From positions 191,445-255,444 of the forward strand of contig CAZBCL010000002.1 in assembly GCA_964490645.1 (NCBI GenBank): DNA of 64,000 nucleotides. The letters are read 5' to 3'. Shown here piece by piece: positions 9,641 to 19,902 of the stretch. The notes beneath the pieces are model-generated. The model was not told where the DNA came from. It ran no database searches and saw only the letters and a program-made list of their open reading frames with translations. The position numbers were made by a program, and so were the translations under genes. How positions within the stretch are numbered: position 1 is the stretch's first letter; each line of letters opens with the position of its first letter. This stretch comes from an uncultured Spirochaetia bacterium. GTDB taxonomy: Bacteria > Spirochaetota > JAHITG01 > CAZBCL01.

Positions 9641-10719
9641 TGGCAAAAAAAAAGATGTCCTATAAAGATGCCGGTGTTGATATTAATGCCGCAGTAAATA
9701 TATCATCTCGCATCGGCACCATCGCAAAAAGCACGTTTAATAAAAGAGTACTTTCACATGTCGGCAATTTCGGCGGTCTTTTTTCACTGATAAAATTAAA
9801 GGAGAAAAATCCGATTCTCGTTGCAAGCGTTGACGGAGTCGGCACTAAAGTACAATTAGCACGAACGATGAACATATTCAACACGATCGGACAGGATTTA
9901 GTTAATCATTGCGTTGATGATATTGCAGTGCAAGGTGCACGTCCGTTATTTTTTCTTGATTATATTGCACTTTCAACATTTAACGCTCACTGTATCACGG
10001 GTGTTATTGATGGTATCGCAAAAGCATGCAAACAGAACGGGTGTGTCCTTATCGGCGGTGAAACCGCGGAAATGCCGGGCGTATATCGTCGCGGAGAATA
10101 TGATCTTGCCGGTTCAATTGTCGGCATTGTTGATAAAAATGCATTAATCACCGGCACTGCCATCGCACCGGGGGATTGTCTTATCGGACTTGCATCAAGC
10201 GGATTACATACCAATGGTTATTCACTTGCCCTCAAAGCAGTAAAGCGGGGTAAATTAAATCTGAAACGAAAATATACCGGATTACGAAAGACCCTTGGTA
10301 TGGAATTACTCAAACCGCATATCAGTTATCTTTCATTTATACAAAAAGCAGGACGATACGTCCACGGGTTCGCTCATATAACCGGTGGTGGTTTTGACTA
10401 TAATATATCGCGTATATTGCCCAACGGCACTGCAGCAATGATTGACATACAAGCCTGGAAAACACCCCGGATTTTTACTCTGCTTCAGGAGGCAGGTATT
10501 ATAGCGCAGCGGGAAATGTATTCAGTTTTCAATATGGGTATTGGTATGATTGCAATAGCACCGCCGCGTCAAGCAGCACGTATTATACAAACGGCTCACG
10601 CAACCGGTCATCGTGCATGGGAAATCGGTACTATCATTAACGCTTCCGCGCGTGCGAACGTACGTAAAAACGGACTTACTACCGGAATGGTTCATCTTAA
10701 AGGGCTTGCCCATGACTGA
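9640..10719 (+). CDS. purM: AIR synthetase
   Basis: Motifs YKDAGVD, DGVGTK, GGETAEMPG, SSGLHTNGYSL, HITGGG and FNMGIG. Confidence 0.97.
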   Translation: MAKKKMSYKDAGVDINAAVNISSRIGTIAKSTFNKRVLSHVGNFGGLFSLIKLKEKNPILVASVDGVGTKVQLARTMNIFNTIGQDLVNHCVDDIAVQGARPLFFLDYIALSTFNAHCITGVIDGIAKACKQNGCVLIGGETAEMPGVYRRGEYDLAGSIVGIVDKNALITGTAIAPGDCLIGLASSGLHTNGYSLALKAVKRGKLNLKRKYTGLRKTLGMELLKPHISYLSFIQKAGRYVHGFAHITGGGFDYNISRILPNGTAAMIDIQAWKTPRIFTLLQEAGIIAQREMYSVFNMGIGMIAIAPPRQAARIIQTAHATGHRAWEIGTIINASARANVRKNGLTTGMVHLKGLAHD

Positions 10720-11359
10720 AGACGGGAAACAAAAACCGCTGCGGCTGGCAGTATTTGCATCGGGCGGCGGTTCTAATTTCGGCGCTATTCTCAATGCAAT
10801 CCAAGCGCACATTCTTAATGCTGAAATAACGTGTGTCATTTCGAATAATCGTTCTGCCGGTGCATTACAGCGCGCACGTGACGCCGGTATTACTGCATAT
10901 CATATTAATATGCAGCAGTTTGATTCACCGAAAGCATACGATACCGCAATGCTGAATATTTTACAGGAACATACCGTTGAACTGATTATTCTTGCCGGCT
11001 ATATGAAAAAAATCAGTGATGCTCTTATTAATACATTCCCGAATCGTATCATGAACATTCACCCATCTCTTTTACCTCATTTCGGCGGAAAAGGCATGTA
11101 TGGCATTCATGTGCATGAGGCGGTCATCAATGCCGGTGTTGCACAAACCGGGGTAACGATTCATTTTGTTAACAATGATTACGACAGCGGACCGATTATT
11201 ATACAGGAAACAGTCCCCGTTCATGAGAATGATACCCCCCAATCACTACAGCAGCGCGTACTGATAACTGAACATTCGCTGTATACAAAAGCCATACAAC
11301 TTTACGCTGATGGACGATTGACAGTTTCAGGAAATCAAGTAACAATACAGGCAACGTAA
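10712..11359 (+). CDS. purN: Phosphoribosylglycinamide formyltransferase
   Basis: FASGGGSNF, LAGYMK, NIHPSLLP and D-SGPII. ATG 10712 overlaps the end of purM. Confidence 0.96.
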   Translation: MTEDGKQKPLRLAVFASGGGSNFGAILNAIQAHILNAEITCVISNNRSAGALQRARDAGITAYHINMQQFDSPKAYDTAMLNILQEHTVELIILAGYMKKISDALINTFPNRIMNIHPSLLPHFGGKGMYGIHVHEAVINAGVAQTGVTIHFVNNDYDSGPIIIQETVPVHENDTPQSLQQRVLITEHSLYTKAIQLYADGRLTVSGNQVTIQAT

Positions 11360-11400
11360 GCGATAGCGATTATCTATCGACAAATATAGTGGAGGTAATC

Positions 11401-12684
11401 ATGAACGTCCTTGTCATCGGCAGCGGCGGGAGAGAACATACTCTTGTATGGGCGCTGAAAAAAAGCACTCAGGTAGATACTGTTCATTGTGCACCGGGCA
11501 ATGCCGGTATTGAACACATCGCCGAATGCGTTTCTATTCCGGTGAATGATTTTAAACGCCTTGCCGAATATGTTCAAAACAATACTATTGAATTAACAAT
11601 AGTCGGACCGGAGGACCCGCTTGCCGGCGGTATTGTTGATTATTTTAATGACCGTGGGCTTGCAATATTCGGACCCGATGCCCGCGGTGCACAAATTGAA
11701 AGCTCTAAATGGTTCTGCAAACAAATAATGCTGCAGTACGGCATTCCAACTGCTGCTGCACAAAAGTTTTCCGATATTGATACCGCCTTGACCTATATCG
11801 CTCAAACACAATTCCCGATAGTTATAAAAGCTGACGGACTTGCTGCCGGAAAAGGCGTAACTATTGCCACTTCTTACAGTGAAGCTGAAGCGGCAGTGCA
11901 TGAATGCATGAGCGATGGGAAATTCGGTACCGCAGGCACTGAAGTATTGATAGAAGATTTTCTTGATGGTGAAGAAGCCTCCGTACTGGCATTTGTCGAT
12001 GGCAAACACATTATTCCGATGGTATCCGCTCAGGATCATAAATCCATTGGTGAACATGACACCGGTCCGAATACCGGCGGCATGGGCGCATACTCTCCGG
12101 CACCGGTAGTAACACCGGATATTGAGAAAATAATTCATACTGATATACTGCAACGTATGGTTGATGCATTATCACAGGAAGGCATTACCTACAAAGGGAT
12201 TTTATATGCCGGTTTAATGATAACTGCTGACGGACCGAAAGTTATTGAATTTAACTGCCGGTTCGGCGATCCGGAAACACAGGTTGTTCTGTCACGTTTA
12301 AAAACTGATATTCTTATTCCGATTCAAGCTTCCATTAATGGGACACTGAACACGGTTTCCCTTGAATGGGAGGATAGCCCAAGTGTTTGTGTTATTATGG
12401 CAAGCGGCGGCTACCCCGATTCATATGAAAAAGGCAAGATTATTACCGGTCTTGATACTATAGATCAGGATGCCGAGCACATTATTTTCCATGCCGGAAC
12501 AGCATCAAACGACGGAAAGATAGTTACGTCCGGCGGCAGGGTTCTTGGTATTACTGCACGTGCTGCTGATCTGCCGACCGCCTTAAATGAAGTATATACT
12601 ATGATCAATGCAATTTCGTTTGACGGTGCATATTTCAGAAAAGATATTGCATATAAAGCATTGCAAAGGGAATCACACGTATGA
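11401..12684 (+). CDS. purD: Phosphoribosylamine-glycine ligase
   Basis: GSGGREH, KADGLAAGKGV, DTGPNTGGMGAY and RFGDPE. GGAGG SD precedes ATG 11401. Confidence 0.97.
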   Translation: MNVLVIGSGGREHTLVWALKKSTQVDTVHCAPGNAGIEHIAECVSIPVNDFKRLAEYVQNNTIELTIVGPEDPLAGGIVDYFNDRGLAIFGPDARGAQIESSKWFCKQIMLQYGIPTAAAQKFSDIDTALTYIAQTQFPIVIKADGLAAGKGVTIATSYSEAEAAVHECMSDGKFGTAGTEVLIEDFLDGEEASVLAFVDGKHIIPMVSAQDHKSIGEHDTGPNTGGMGAYSPAPVVTPDIEKIIHTDILQRMVDALSQEGITYKGILYAGLMITADGPKVIEFNCRFGDPETQVVLSRLKTDILIPIQASINGTLNTVSLEWEDSPSVCVIMASGGYPDSYEKGKIITGLDTIDQDAEHIIFHAGTASNDGKIVTSGGRVLGITARAADLPTALNEVYTMINAISFDGAYFRKDIAYKALQRESHV

Positions 12685-13208
12685 ATACAACCACACCAAA
12701 AATCGGTATCATTACCGGCAGCACTTCCGATTTGCCAATTATACAACACTGCATAACACTGCTTGATGAATTTGCTCTCCCGTATGAACTGCATGTTATG
12801 TCAGCACATCGAACACCTCAAACAACGGCACAATGGGCAACGGACGCTCGCAAACATGGAATACAGGTCATTATTGCCGCAGCCGGTATGGCAGCACATC
12901 TTGCCGGTGTTATTGCCGGACACACCATACTGCCGGTCATTGCCGTCCCGCTGAAAGGCGGCATACTTGACGGCATGGATGCCCTTCTTGCAACCGTTCA
13001 AATGCCGAAAGGTGTTCCGGTTGCAACCATGTCATTAGGGAAATCCGGTGCAATAAATGCCGCACTTTTTGCCGTACAAATTTTAGCACGGAATGATACA
13101 GAGCTTGAAAAAAAACTTGAATCATATAAACTGGCAATGGCAGATGCAGTTGCACACGCTGATGATACACTGCAAAAAAAAGGTATAACCGCATTTACGA
13201 CAGGGTAA
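12681..13208 (+). CDS. purE: N5-CAIR mutase (class I-like PurE)
   Basis: Motifs GSTSD, SAHRTP, AGMAAHLAG and QMPKGVPVAT. Confidence 0.95.
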   Translation: MNTTTPKIGIITGSTSDLPIIQHCITLLDEFALPYELHVMSAHRTPQTTAQWATDARKHGIQVIIAAAGMAAHLAGVIAGHTILPVIAVPLKGGILDGMDALLATVQMPKGVPVATMSLGKSGAINAALFAVQILARNDTELEKKLESYKLAMADAVAHADDTLQKKGITAFTTG

Positions 13209-13213
13209 ACAAC

Positions 13214-13750
13214 GTGACGGAAACACAAATTTTTGATGCAGATACTATTACCGGAACATTGAAGCGACTGGCAGCGGAAATTTCTGAACGCTGTATGAAA
13301 TGTACTAATGTTGTTATGTTAGGAATTCAAAAACGCGGTGTTCCGCTTGCACAACGCATCACTGATTATCTGTATACTGAAAACGGATTGCATATCCCGG
13401 TCGGCGCATTAGGGGTTACTTTCTATCGCGATGACATCGGTCTGCGCCGCCGAATAAAAGTGCCTCAGAAAACGGAAATTCCTTTTGACGTATCAGGAAA
13501 ACGTATTATTCTGGTTGATGATGTATTGTTTACCGGACGTACGATACGTGCCGCAATGGATGAAATTATGGATAATGGGCGACCGCAGCAAATTCAACTA
13601 CTAGTATTAATTGATCGCGGCGGTCGTGAATTACCGATTGCAGCAGACTACACCGGCAAGGTTATATCTGCTGCTCACGATGAAAAAATCATTGTCAACC
13701 TGAAAGAAACAGACGGTATTGATACCGTTATCAGTCAACGGAGTATATAA
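13214..13750 (+). CDS. pyrR: Bifunctional pyr regulator / uracil phosphoribosyltransferase
   Basis: Motifs [20 protein letters not shown] and DRGGRELPI. Confidence 0.95.
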   Translation: MTETQIFDADTITGTLKRLAAEISERCMKCTNVVMLGIQKRGVPLAQRITDYLYTENGLHIPVGALGVTFYRDDIGLRRRIKVPQKTEIPFDVSGKRIILVDDVLFTGRTIRAAMDEIMDNGRPQQIQLLVLIDRGGRELPIAADYTGKVISAAHDEKIIVNLKETDGIDTVISQRSI

Positions 13751-14727
13751 TGCATACCGGTCATGAATCAACAACCTCCGGTTTTAAACAAAAGCATTTA
13801 CTTGATTTACACGATATTACTGCAGAAAATATTATTACTGTACTTGATACCGCTGTTTCATTTAAAAATATTTTTACCCGTTCAATTAAAAAAGTTCCGA
13901 GTCTTCGCGGTAAAACGGTTTGCAACTTATTCTTTGAACCCAGCACACGCACACGTATTAGTTTTGAATTAGCGGCAAAACGTCTTTCAGCGGATGTTAT
14001 TAATTTCAATGCACAAACATCCTCTCTCAGTAAAGGTGAATCCCTGATAGATACCGCAAAAACATTACTGGCAATGAATGCGGACATCATTATTATGCGT
14101 CATTCCAGCCCCGGCGCAGCACATTTTCTTGCACATCGTTTGCCGGTACATATCGTCAATGCCGGAGACGGATCGCATGCGCATCCGACACAAGCACTGT
14201 TGGATATTTTTACTATTCGAGAAAAACTCGGCTATATTGAAGGGCTGAATATTCTTATTGTCGGTGATATTCTACATAGTCGTGTCGCCCGTTCAAATAT
14301 TCAAGGTCTACGTAAACTTGGCGCTCATGTCAGTGTCTGTGGACCCTCAACACTTATTCCGGCGCATATTGAACAACTCGGTGTTACTGTTTTTTATGAT
14401 CTTGATCAGGCACTGGAACAGTGCGATGTTATTAATGTTCTGCGTATTCAGCTTGAACGGCAACAGCAAGGATTATTTCCTTCATTACGCGAATATAGTC
14501 TTTTATTCGGTCTTACCGCTGAACGACTTGAACGGGCACAAAAAGGCAATAAAAAAATACTTGTTTTGCACCCCGGACCGATGAATCGCGGCATTGAAAT
14601 CAGTTCCGAAGTTGCCGATAGTGCGCAAAGTGTTATTACTGAACAAGTAACGAATGGTATTGCCGTTCGTATGGCAGTATTATATCTTTTATGCGGTCAA
14701 GGAACCGTACCTGATACCGTGGAGTAA
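13750..14727 (+). CDS. pyrB: Aspartate carbamoyltransferase catalytic subunit
   Basis: Motifs [28 protein letters not shown] and HPGPMNRG. Confidence 0.97.
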   Translation: MHTGHESTTSGFKQKHLLDLHDITAENIITVLDTAVSFKNIFTRSIKKVPSLRGKTVCNLFFEPSTRTRISFELAAKRLSADVINFNAQTSSLSKGESLIDTAKTLLAMNADIIIMRHSSPGAAHFLAHRLPVHIVNAGDGSHAHPTQALLDIFTIREKLGYIEGLNILIVGDILHSRVARSNIQGLRKLGAHVSVCGPSTLIPAHIEQLGVTVFYDLDQALEQCDVINVLRIQLERQQQGLFPSLREYSLLFGLTAERLERAQKGNKKILVLHPGPMNRGIEISSEVADSAQSVITEQVTNGIAVRMAVLYLLCGQGTVPDTVE

Positions 14728-14730
14728 TAT

Positions 14731-16020
14731 GTGGATTATCTGATTAAAGGAATAACAATTGTTGACCCGTTTAATGAAACCAGTAAAGTCGGGCATATTT
14801 ATATAAAAGACGGCTGTATCGCAGAAATTGGTTCGATACAAAGTGTTCCCGATGCAGAAATTATTGATATGAAAGGCGGTCTTGCTATACCGGGACTGGT
14901 TGATATGCATGTCCATTTACGTGAACCGGGTATGGAAAGTGCCGAAACCATTGCCAGTGGCACGCGGGCTGCTGCAATGGGCGGTATAACCGATATCGCC
15001 TGTATGCCGAATACCACACCGCCGATTGACAGCCCATCAACATTAAAACTCGTTCAGGCATTAGTTGCCCGAGACGGTTTAGTCCGCGTTCATCCGATTG
15101 CAACCATTACCAAAGGACGTGCCGGAAAAGAACTATCAGAAATCGGTGATCTGGTAACGCATGGGGCAGTTGCGATCAGTGATGACGGATCGGCAGTTAT
15201 GAATGGTGATTTGATACGCCGTGCACTTGAATATTCTAAAATGTTTTCTATCCCCGTTATCGAACACTGTGAAGATGTCAATCTTGCCGGTACCGGTGTT
15301 GTGCATGAAGGGTATTATTCAACGCTGACCGGATTAAAAGGTATTCCTGCAGCAGCGGAAGAAGTTATTGTTGCTCGGGATATTATCCTCGCCGCATATA
15401 CCGGCGGGCATATACATTTAGCGCATATTTCAACTGCCGGATCAGTTGAACTCGTTCGCTGGGCAAAAGAACGCGGCATCAACGTTACCTGTGAAGTAAC
15501 CGCTCATCATCTTGCCTTAACGGATAAAGAAATCACATCTTTTGATACACGATACAAAATGAATCCGCCACTGCGATCAGAGTACGATCGGGAAGCACTT
15601 ATTGTCGGACTTGCTGACGGTACAATAGACTGCATTGTTACTGATCATGCACCGCATTCACGGGCACATAAAGAAGTCGAATTTAACCGTGCACCATTCG
15701 GCATCATTGGTCTTGAAACATTATTGCCGGTGGTACTGGAAGAACTCGTTGACCATCAACTCTTGGATATCATGGATATCATTCGTAAAGTTACCGTTAA
15801 TCCCGCACGTATTCTCGGCATTGAACGAACCGGATTAAACGAAGGTGAACCGGCAAATCTGACCTTAATTGACATCACCAACCGCGGTATTATTAATGAA
15901 GCAGACCTTGTGTCACGTTCTTCAAACTCACCATGGCTCGGCAAACCAATGCGCGGATTCCCGAAAATGACTATTGTCAATGGAACAGTTGTTATGCAGA
16001 ACAGGAAGCTGTTATTCTAA
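14731..16020 (+). CDS. pyrC: Dihydroorotase
   Basis: Motifs DMHVHLREPG, MPNT, HIHLAHIST, KMNPPLR and TDHAPH. Confidence 0.96.
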   Translation: MDYLIKGITIVDPFNETSKVGHIYIKDGCIAEIGSIQSVPDAEIIDMKGGLAIPGLVDMHVHLREPGMESAETIASGTRAAAMGGITDIACMPNTTPPIDSPSTLKLVQALVARDGLVRVHPIATITKGRAGKELSEIGDLVTHGAVAISDDGSAVMNGDLIRRALEYSKMFSIPVIEHCEDVNLAGTGVVHEGYYSTLTGLKGIPAAAEEVIVARDIILAAYTGGHIHLAHISTAGSVELVRWAKERGINVTCEVTAHHLALTDKEITSFDTRYKMNPPLRSEYDREALIVGLADGTIDCIVTDHAPHSRAHKEVEFNRAPFGIIGLETLLPVVLEELVDHQLLDIMDIIRKVTVNPARILGIERTGLNEGEPANLTLIDITNRGIINEADLVSRSSNSPWLGKPMRGFPKMTIVNGTVVMQNRKLLF

Positions 16021-16790
16021 TGAATGCCCGCGTTGTTTTTAATCATGCCCTTACCAATGACTGTTATCATATGCAACTGACCTGTACTGAACCTCTCAAC
16101 AACGTTTCGCCCGGTCAATTTATTATGCTTGCCGTATCAACCGCATCGGCTCCGCTGTGGCGACGTCCGTTTGGTATTTTTGCTATGCCCGATAGTTCAA
16201 CGATAGAAATTATATATCAGGTTGTCGGACAAGGCACGGAAATTATGCGCTGCTGGAATGAAGGGCATAAAACTGATCTGCTTGGACCGTTCGGGAACGG
16301 ATTTACACTGCATAATGAAGATACAACGATAGCGGTTGTTGCGGGAGGCATGGGAATAGCACCAACAGCATCCCTCATACGTCGTGCCGCGGAACAGGGA
16401 ATAACCGTACATTGTATCTTCGGCGCACGAACGAAACAATACTTGTTTTTCAAGGACACCCTCGCCGATTGTAACGGTGTTATGCTGCATACCGCAACCG
16501 ATGACGGAAGCGAAGGATTTCATGGTCATGCTGCTGATCTCTACAAAACTATTGCTGATCAATTCCCTGATATCAACCGCGTATATTGCTGCGGTCCCGA
16601 AATAATGATGCGTGCAGTTGTTGAAGCAGTTAAAACCAATAAACACAAAATAGTTCCGATTCAGGTTTCCATCGAAAACCGTATGGCGTGCGGGTTCGGC
16701 GTTTGCATGGGATGTATTTCCCGGGTTAACGGCGAATATATTCGTACCTGTAAAGAAGGACCGGTTATCGACGGATTACACTGGGATTAA
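16020..16790 (+). CDS. pyrK: Dihydroorotate dehydrogenase electron-transfer subunit
   Basis: PGQF, RRPF, GPFGNGF, GGMGIAP, CGPE, and the 2Fe-2S motif CGFGVCMGC...C. ATG overlaps the pyrC stop. Confidence 0.92.
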   Translation: MNARVVFNHALTNDCYHMQLTCTEPLNNVSPGQFIMLAVSTASAPLWRRPFGIFAMPDSSTIEIIYQVVGQGTEIMRCWNEGHKTDLLGPFGNGFTLHNEDTTIAVVAGGMGIAPTASLIRRAAEQGITVHCIFGARTKQYLFFKDTLADCNGVMLHTATDDGSEGFHGHAADLYKTIADQFPDINRVYCCGPEIMMRAVVEAVKTNKHKIVPIQVSIENRMACGFGVCMGCISRVNGEYIRTCKEGPVIDGLHWD

Positions 16791-17056
16791 TTAATACTCT
16801 GCAATTGCCATTAATCTGCTCATTCATTTTCGTATATAATATCATAGTTTTATATTCTGCACTTGTACTGCCTTTTTATATTACTATTCCCTCTCACGTA
16901 AAAGCGCTGCAGCAACGATTATCTGCTGCCGGAAAGAGTATATGAAGAACAGTTCATTGTTGTGATGCACTGATACTTTACCCCTATTCACTATATTATG
17001 ATTTTCAATGGTATGCCGATATATATACCAATAGCATAAAGATTATCAGTATAGAA

Positions 17057-18352
17057 ATGAAAGGCTTTTTAATGCAAAATAATACTGCGGCTGTTTTATT
17101 TATTATTGTAGTATGTTTTTTCGGAATACTCACTATATCGGTTTCAGCACAAAACACCAATGACAGCTCACCTATTGTACTGGAATGGAATCTTAATAAC
17201 GATGATGTCATACAAATCGATAAATATTTTGTTCAAACAAATTATTGGTATGTTAAAGACCCCTCTGTTCTCAGTGAATATGCCCGTGGTGCAATGATAC
17301 AGGTTGAGGACGGGATTTATCGTATTAGTGCTATACAAAAAAATCATGTAATACTTCATACCGCAACCCTCAACGATACAACATACTCAATGAGCGGTGA
17401 ATTCTATTCATACGAACAGCTTCCTGAAATCAGCTCCAGTTTTAAACTGCTTCAAATCTTCCCGGCGCAATTTCAACTTCATCGGACCGGTTCATATACC
17501 GTACCGGCAAACCGAATAATGCCGAATATACGCAGTATTCCCACATTTCCACCAAAGCCGGTCAGTATTGGCACAAAATGGCAGGCAAACGGAACCGAAG
17601 TATGGGAGTTTGATCCGCCGATAACCATTCCGGTTATTGTCAATTACACGGTAAGTGGTTTTGAAGAAAAAGCAGGTGTTCAGTGCGCACGTATTAATGC
17701 TGATTATTCAATTTTTTATGAAAACCCGAACGGCATCAACAATGGCGCTCCCGTTCTTTGGGAAGGTGTTTCCGAATTGACTATCTGGTGGGATTATCAA
17801 AACGGCATGCCGGTATATCGCGAAAATAAATACGAAGTTAGTGTATATTTTACTGATAGTATTGCCGTCAATTATGCAGGTACCATTACTTCTTTTTATC
17901 AGCGTAAAAGCACCGCTGATCGGCAGACGGAACACTCAATCGAGCGTGAGATAGCAGAAACCCTGCCTGCTGATAAACATTATTCGGTATCACAAGATGA
18001 CCGCGGCGTTGTTATTGAATTCGGTGATATTTTATTTGATTTTGACAGTGCCACATTATCAAAAAAAGCACAACGGAAATTAAGAAAAATAATTCCTGCA
18101 TTAAAAAAACACAAATCCCTTTCAATACAAACACACGGCCATACGGATAATATCGGTGATGCCCGATATAATATTGATTTATCCGAACGGCGTGCGGCAG
18201 CGGTTATTAATTTTCTTATCAACGAGGGGGTTGTTGATTCCCGCAATGCCAGTTATGTCGGTTTTGGTGAAACAATGCCGATTGCTGATAATAAAACCGA
18301 TGCGGGAAGACTGAAAAACCGTCGTGTTGAAATAATTATACAGGCGAAATGA
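17057..18352 (+). CDS. Exported OmpA-family peptidoglycan-binding protein with a large N-terminal domain
   Basis: Signal peptide; C-terminal ILFDFDSA, GHTDNIG, LSERRA and NRRVEI. Confidence 0.88.
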   Translation: MKGFLMQNNTAAVLFIIVVCFFGILTISVSAQNTNDSSPIVLEWNLNNDDVIQIDKYFVQTNYWYVKDPSVLSEYARGAMIQVEDGIYRISAIQKNHVILHTATLNDTTYSMSGEFYSYEQLPEISSSFKLLQIFPAQFQLHRTGSYTVPANRIMPNIRSIPTFPPKPVSIGTKWQANGTEVWEFDPPITIPVIVNYTVSGFEEKAGVQCARINADYSIFYENPNGINNGAPVLWEGVSELTIWWDYQNGMPVYRENKYEVSVYFTDSIAVNYAGTITSFYQRKSTADRQTEHSIEREIAETLPADKHYSVSQDDRGVVIEFGDILFDFDSATLSKKAQRKLRKIIPALKKHKSLSIQTHGHTDNIGDARYNIDLSERRAAAVINFLINEGVVDSRNASYVGFGETMPIADNKTDAGRLKNRRVEIIIQAK

Positions 18353-18353
18353 C

Positions 18354-18752
18354 ATGCTGCACGAATTATCAATAACAACAACACAACGAACACAGATGAT
18401 AAATATTACTGCATCAGTTCAGCAGGCTCTTGAAACCATGGAAATAAAAAACGGGATTTGCGTCCTGTTTATTCCGCATACCACTGCAGGAATAACAATA
18501 AATGAAAATGCTGATCCGGCAGTACAAAGCGATAGTATACAAAAAATAAATGCCCTTATTCCCAAGCATGAAGGGTATTCCCATACTGAAGGAAACAGTG
18601 ATGCACATATTAAAACATCACTTTACGGGACATCATGCATGATAATCATTGATAACGGTTCACTCAAACTGGGAACATGGCAGGGAATATTTTTCGCAGA
18701 ATGGGACGGACCGCGACAGCGAAAAGCATGGATGAAGGTTATTACTCAATGA
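18354..18752 (+). CDS. yjbQ: YjbQ/UPF0047 family protein
   Basis: Motifs HTTAGITINEN, GNSDAHIK and LGTWQGIFFAEWDGPR. Confidence 0.92.
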   Translation: MLHELSITTTQRTQMINITASVQQALETMEIKNGICVLFIPHTTAGITINENADPAVQSDSIQKINALIPKHEGYSHTEGNSDAHIKTSLYGTSCMIIIDNGSLKLGTWQGIFFAEWDGPRQRKAWMKVITQ

Positions 18753-19510
18753 AAAACTCAATATTTCATACAGTGCCGTTTATTGTCATTGCAATACTAT
18801 TTATTATTTGCATTCTTCTTCCCGGCTCGACGCATGCACTTACTGTCAGTAATTATGCACTCACGGAAACGGGATACGGACTAACCGGTATATATTGGCC
18901 CGGTGATCCGCGACCATGGTATGTTGAGGATTATTATTTATACTATTGGCGACGCATTAATGATCGTCCGAAAGCAATGAAAATGGGGATTGTTATTCTG
19001 CAATATGCATTAAACTCTCCATTTCGACATCCAAGTCAGGCACTGGCACCAATACAAACAAAAGAACAGCATTTAAAATATAAATACTTAATGCGTATGC
19101 AAATATATTTGCTCATTGTAAAAAATTACCTGCGCCTTGGATCACGATATGATATGCCGACAGAACGCATGTATTATTACCACCGAGACTTTTATCCGAA
19201 TCTGAAAACATCACTACAGGCAGCAGGATATTATTATGAACATGCACAAGCATACTGGCCGTATGTTATGCAATATGCTGAATTAGCGGCAGCATATGAA
19301 GACCTTTCGTGGCATTACAATTCCTCAGATGGAACCTTTGAATCATTCGACGTGAATCCGAACAGCGTTTATGTTGATCTTGACCGTATAGAAGATGCAC
19401 AATCATGTATCGTTCGACGTGCGATTGATTGGGACTATGAAGATATTATCACCGAACGGCTCGATAATGTTGCACGTAATATTGCATGGCTTGAGCGTGA
19501 GAATAAATAA
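18749..19510 (+). CDS. Exported conserved hypothetical protein (Tyr-rich)
   Basis: ATGA overlap with the yjbQ stop; signal-peptide-like N-terminus (…THA|L). From memory it resembles spirochaete hypothetical proteins, which is unverified. Confidence 0.7.
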   Translation: MKNSIFHTVPFIVIAILFIICILLPGSTHALTVSNYALTETGYGLTGIYWPGDPRPWYVEDYYLYYWRRINDRPKAMKMGIVILQYALNSPFRHPSQALAPIQTKEQHLKYKYLMRMQIYLLIVKNYLRLGSRYDMPTERMYYYHRDFYPNLKTSLQAAGYYYEHAQAYWPYVMQYAELAAAYEDLSWHYNSSDGTFESFDVNPNSVYVDLDRIEDAQSCIVRRAIDWDYEDIITERLDNVARNIAWLERENK

Positions 19511-19722
19511 ACATTTCATATAATGATATGATGTTCTAAATATTGCACAGCCTTTTCAATCATTGCGTTTTCTGATTCTTCCCTGAAACCCGGCATCGTC
19601 CTTCATCCGAAAAGGATGCTCATTATTTATAGTACCATTATGAAATTATTTGCATTCTCGTGAAATATATAATTAGAATAGTTTTGTTTTCGACACAGCG
19701 GCTTATTTTTATATATATAAAC

Positions 19723-19749
19723 CCGGCGATGCACCTGCCACATCGCCGG
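19723..19749. other. GC-rich intergenic hairpin CCGGCGATG-9-CATCGCCGG
   Basis: Perfect 9-bp stem; the T-rich tract follows it on the minus strand. Confidence 0.6.
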
Positions 19750-19853
19750 AACGTTCAACCGCGTATTGACAAATAATACTATTGTTCAATATAAAGAAGG
19801 CGACTGTCCGGAAAAACACCTTTTTTCATTTATTTATTTTTCCGCTTCTTGAA

Positions 19854-19881
19854 TTGACACGATACACATCCTCAGTAGAAT
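19854..19881 (+). promoter_or_regulatory. Sigma70-type promoter for the lytic transglycosylase gene
   Basis: TTGACA-16-TAGAAT, 21 nt before ATG 19903. Confidence 0.6.
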
Positions 19882-19902
19882 ATACCCAAGCAGTATAATA
19901 CC

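Noticed and set aside
17010-17030. Sigma28 promoter (GCCGATAT) upstream of the OmpA-family gene; similar CCGATA near position 360
   Set aside because: No TAAA -35 element at the correct spacing.
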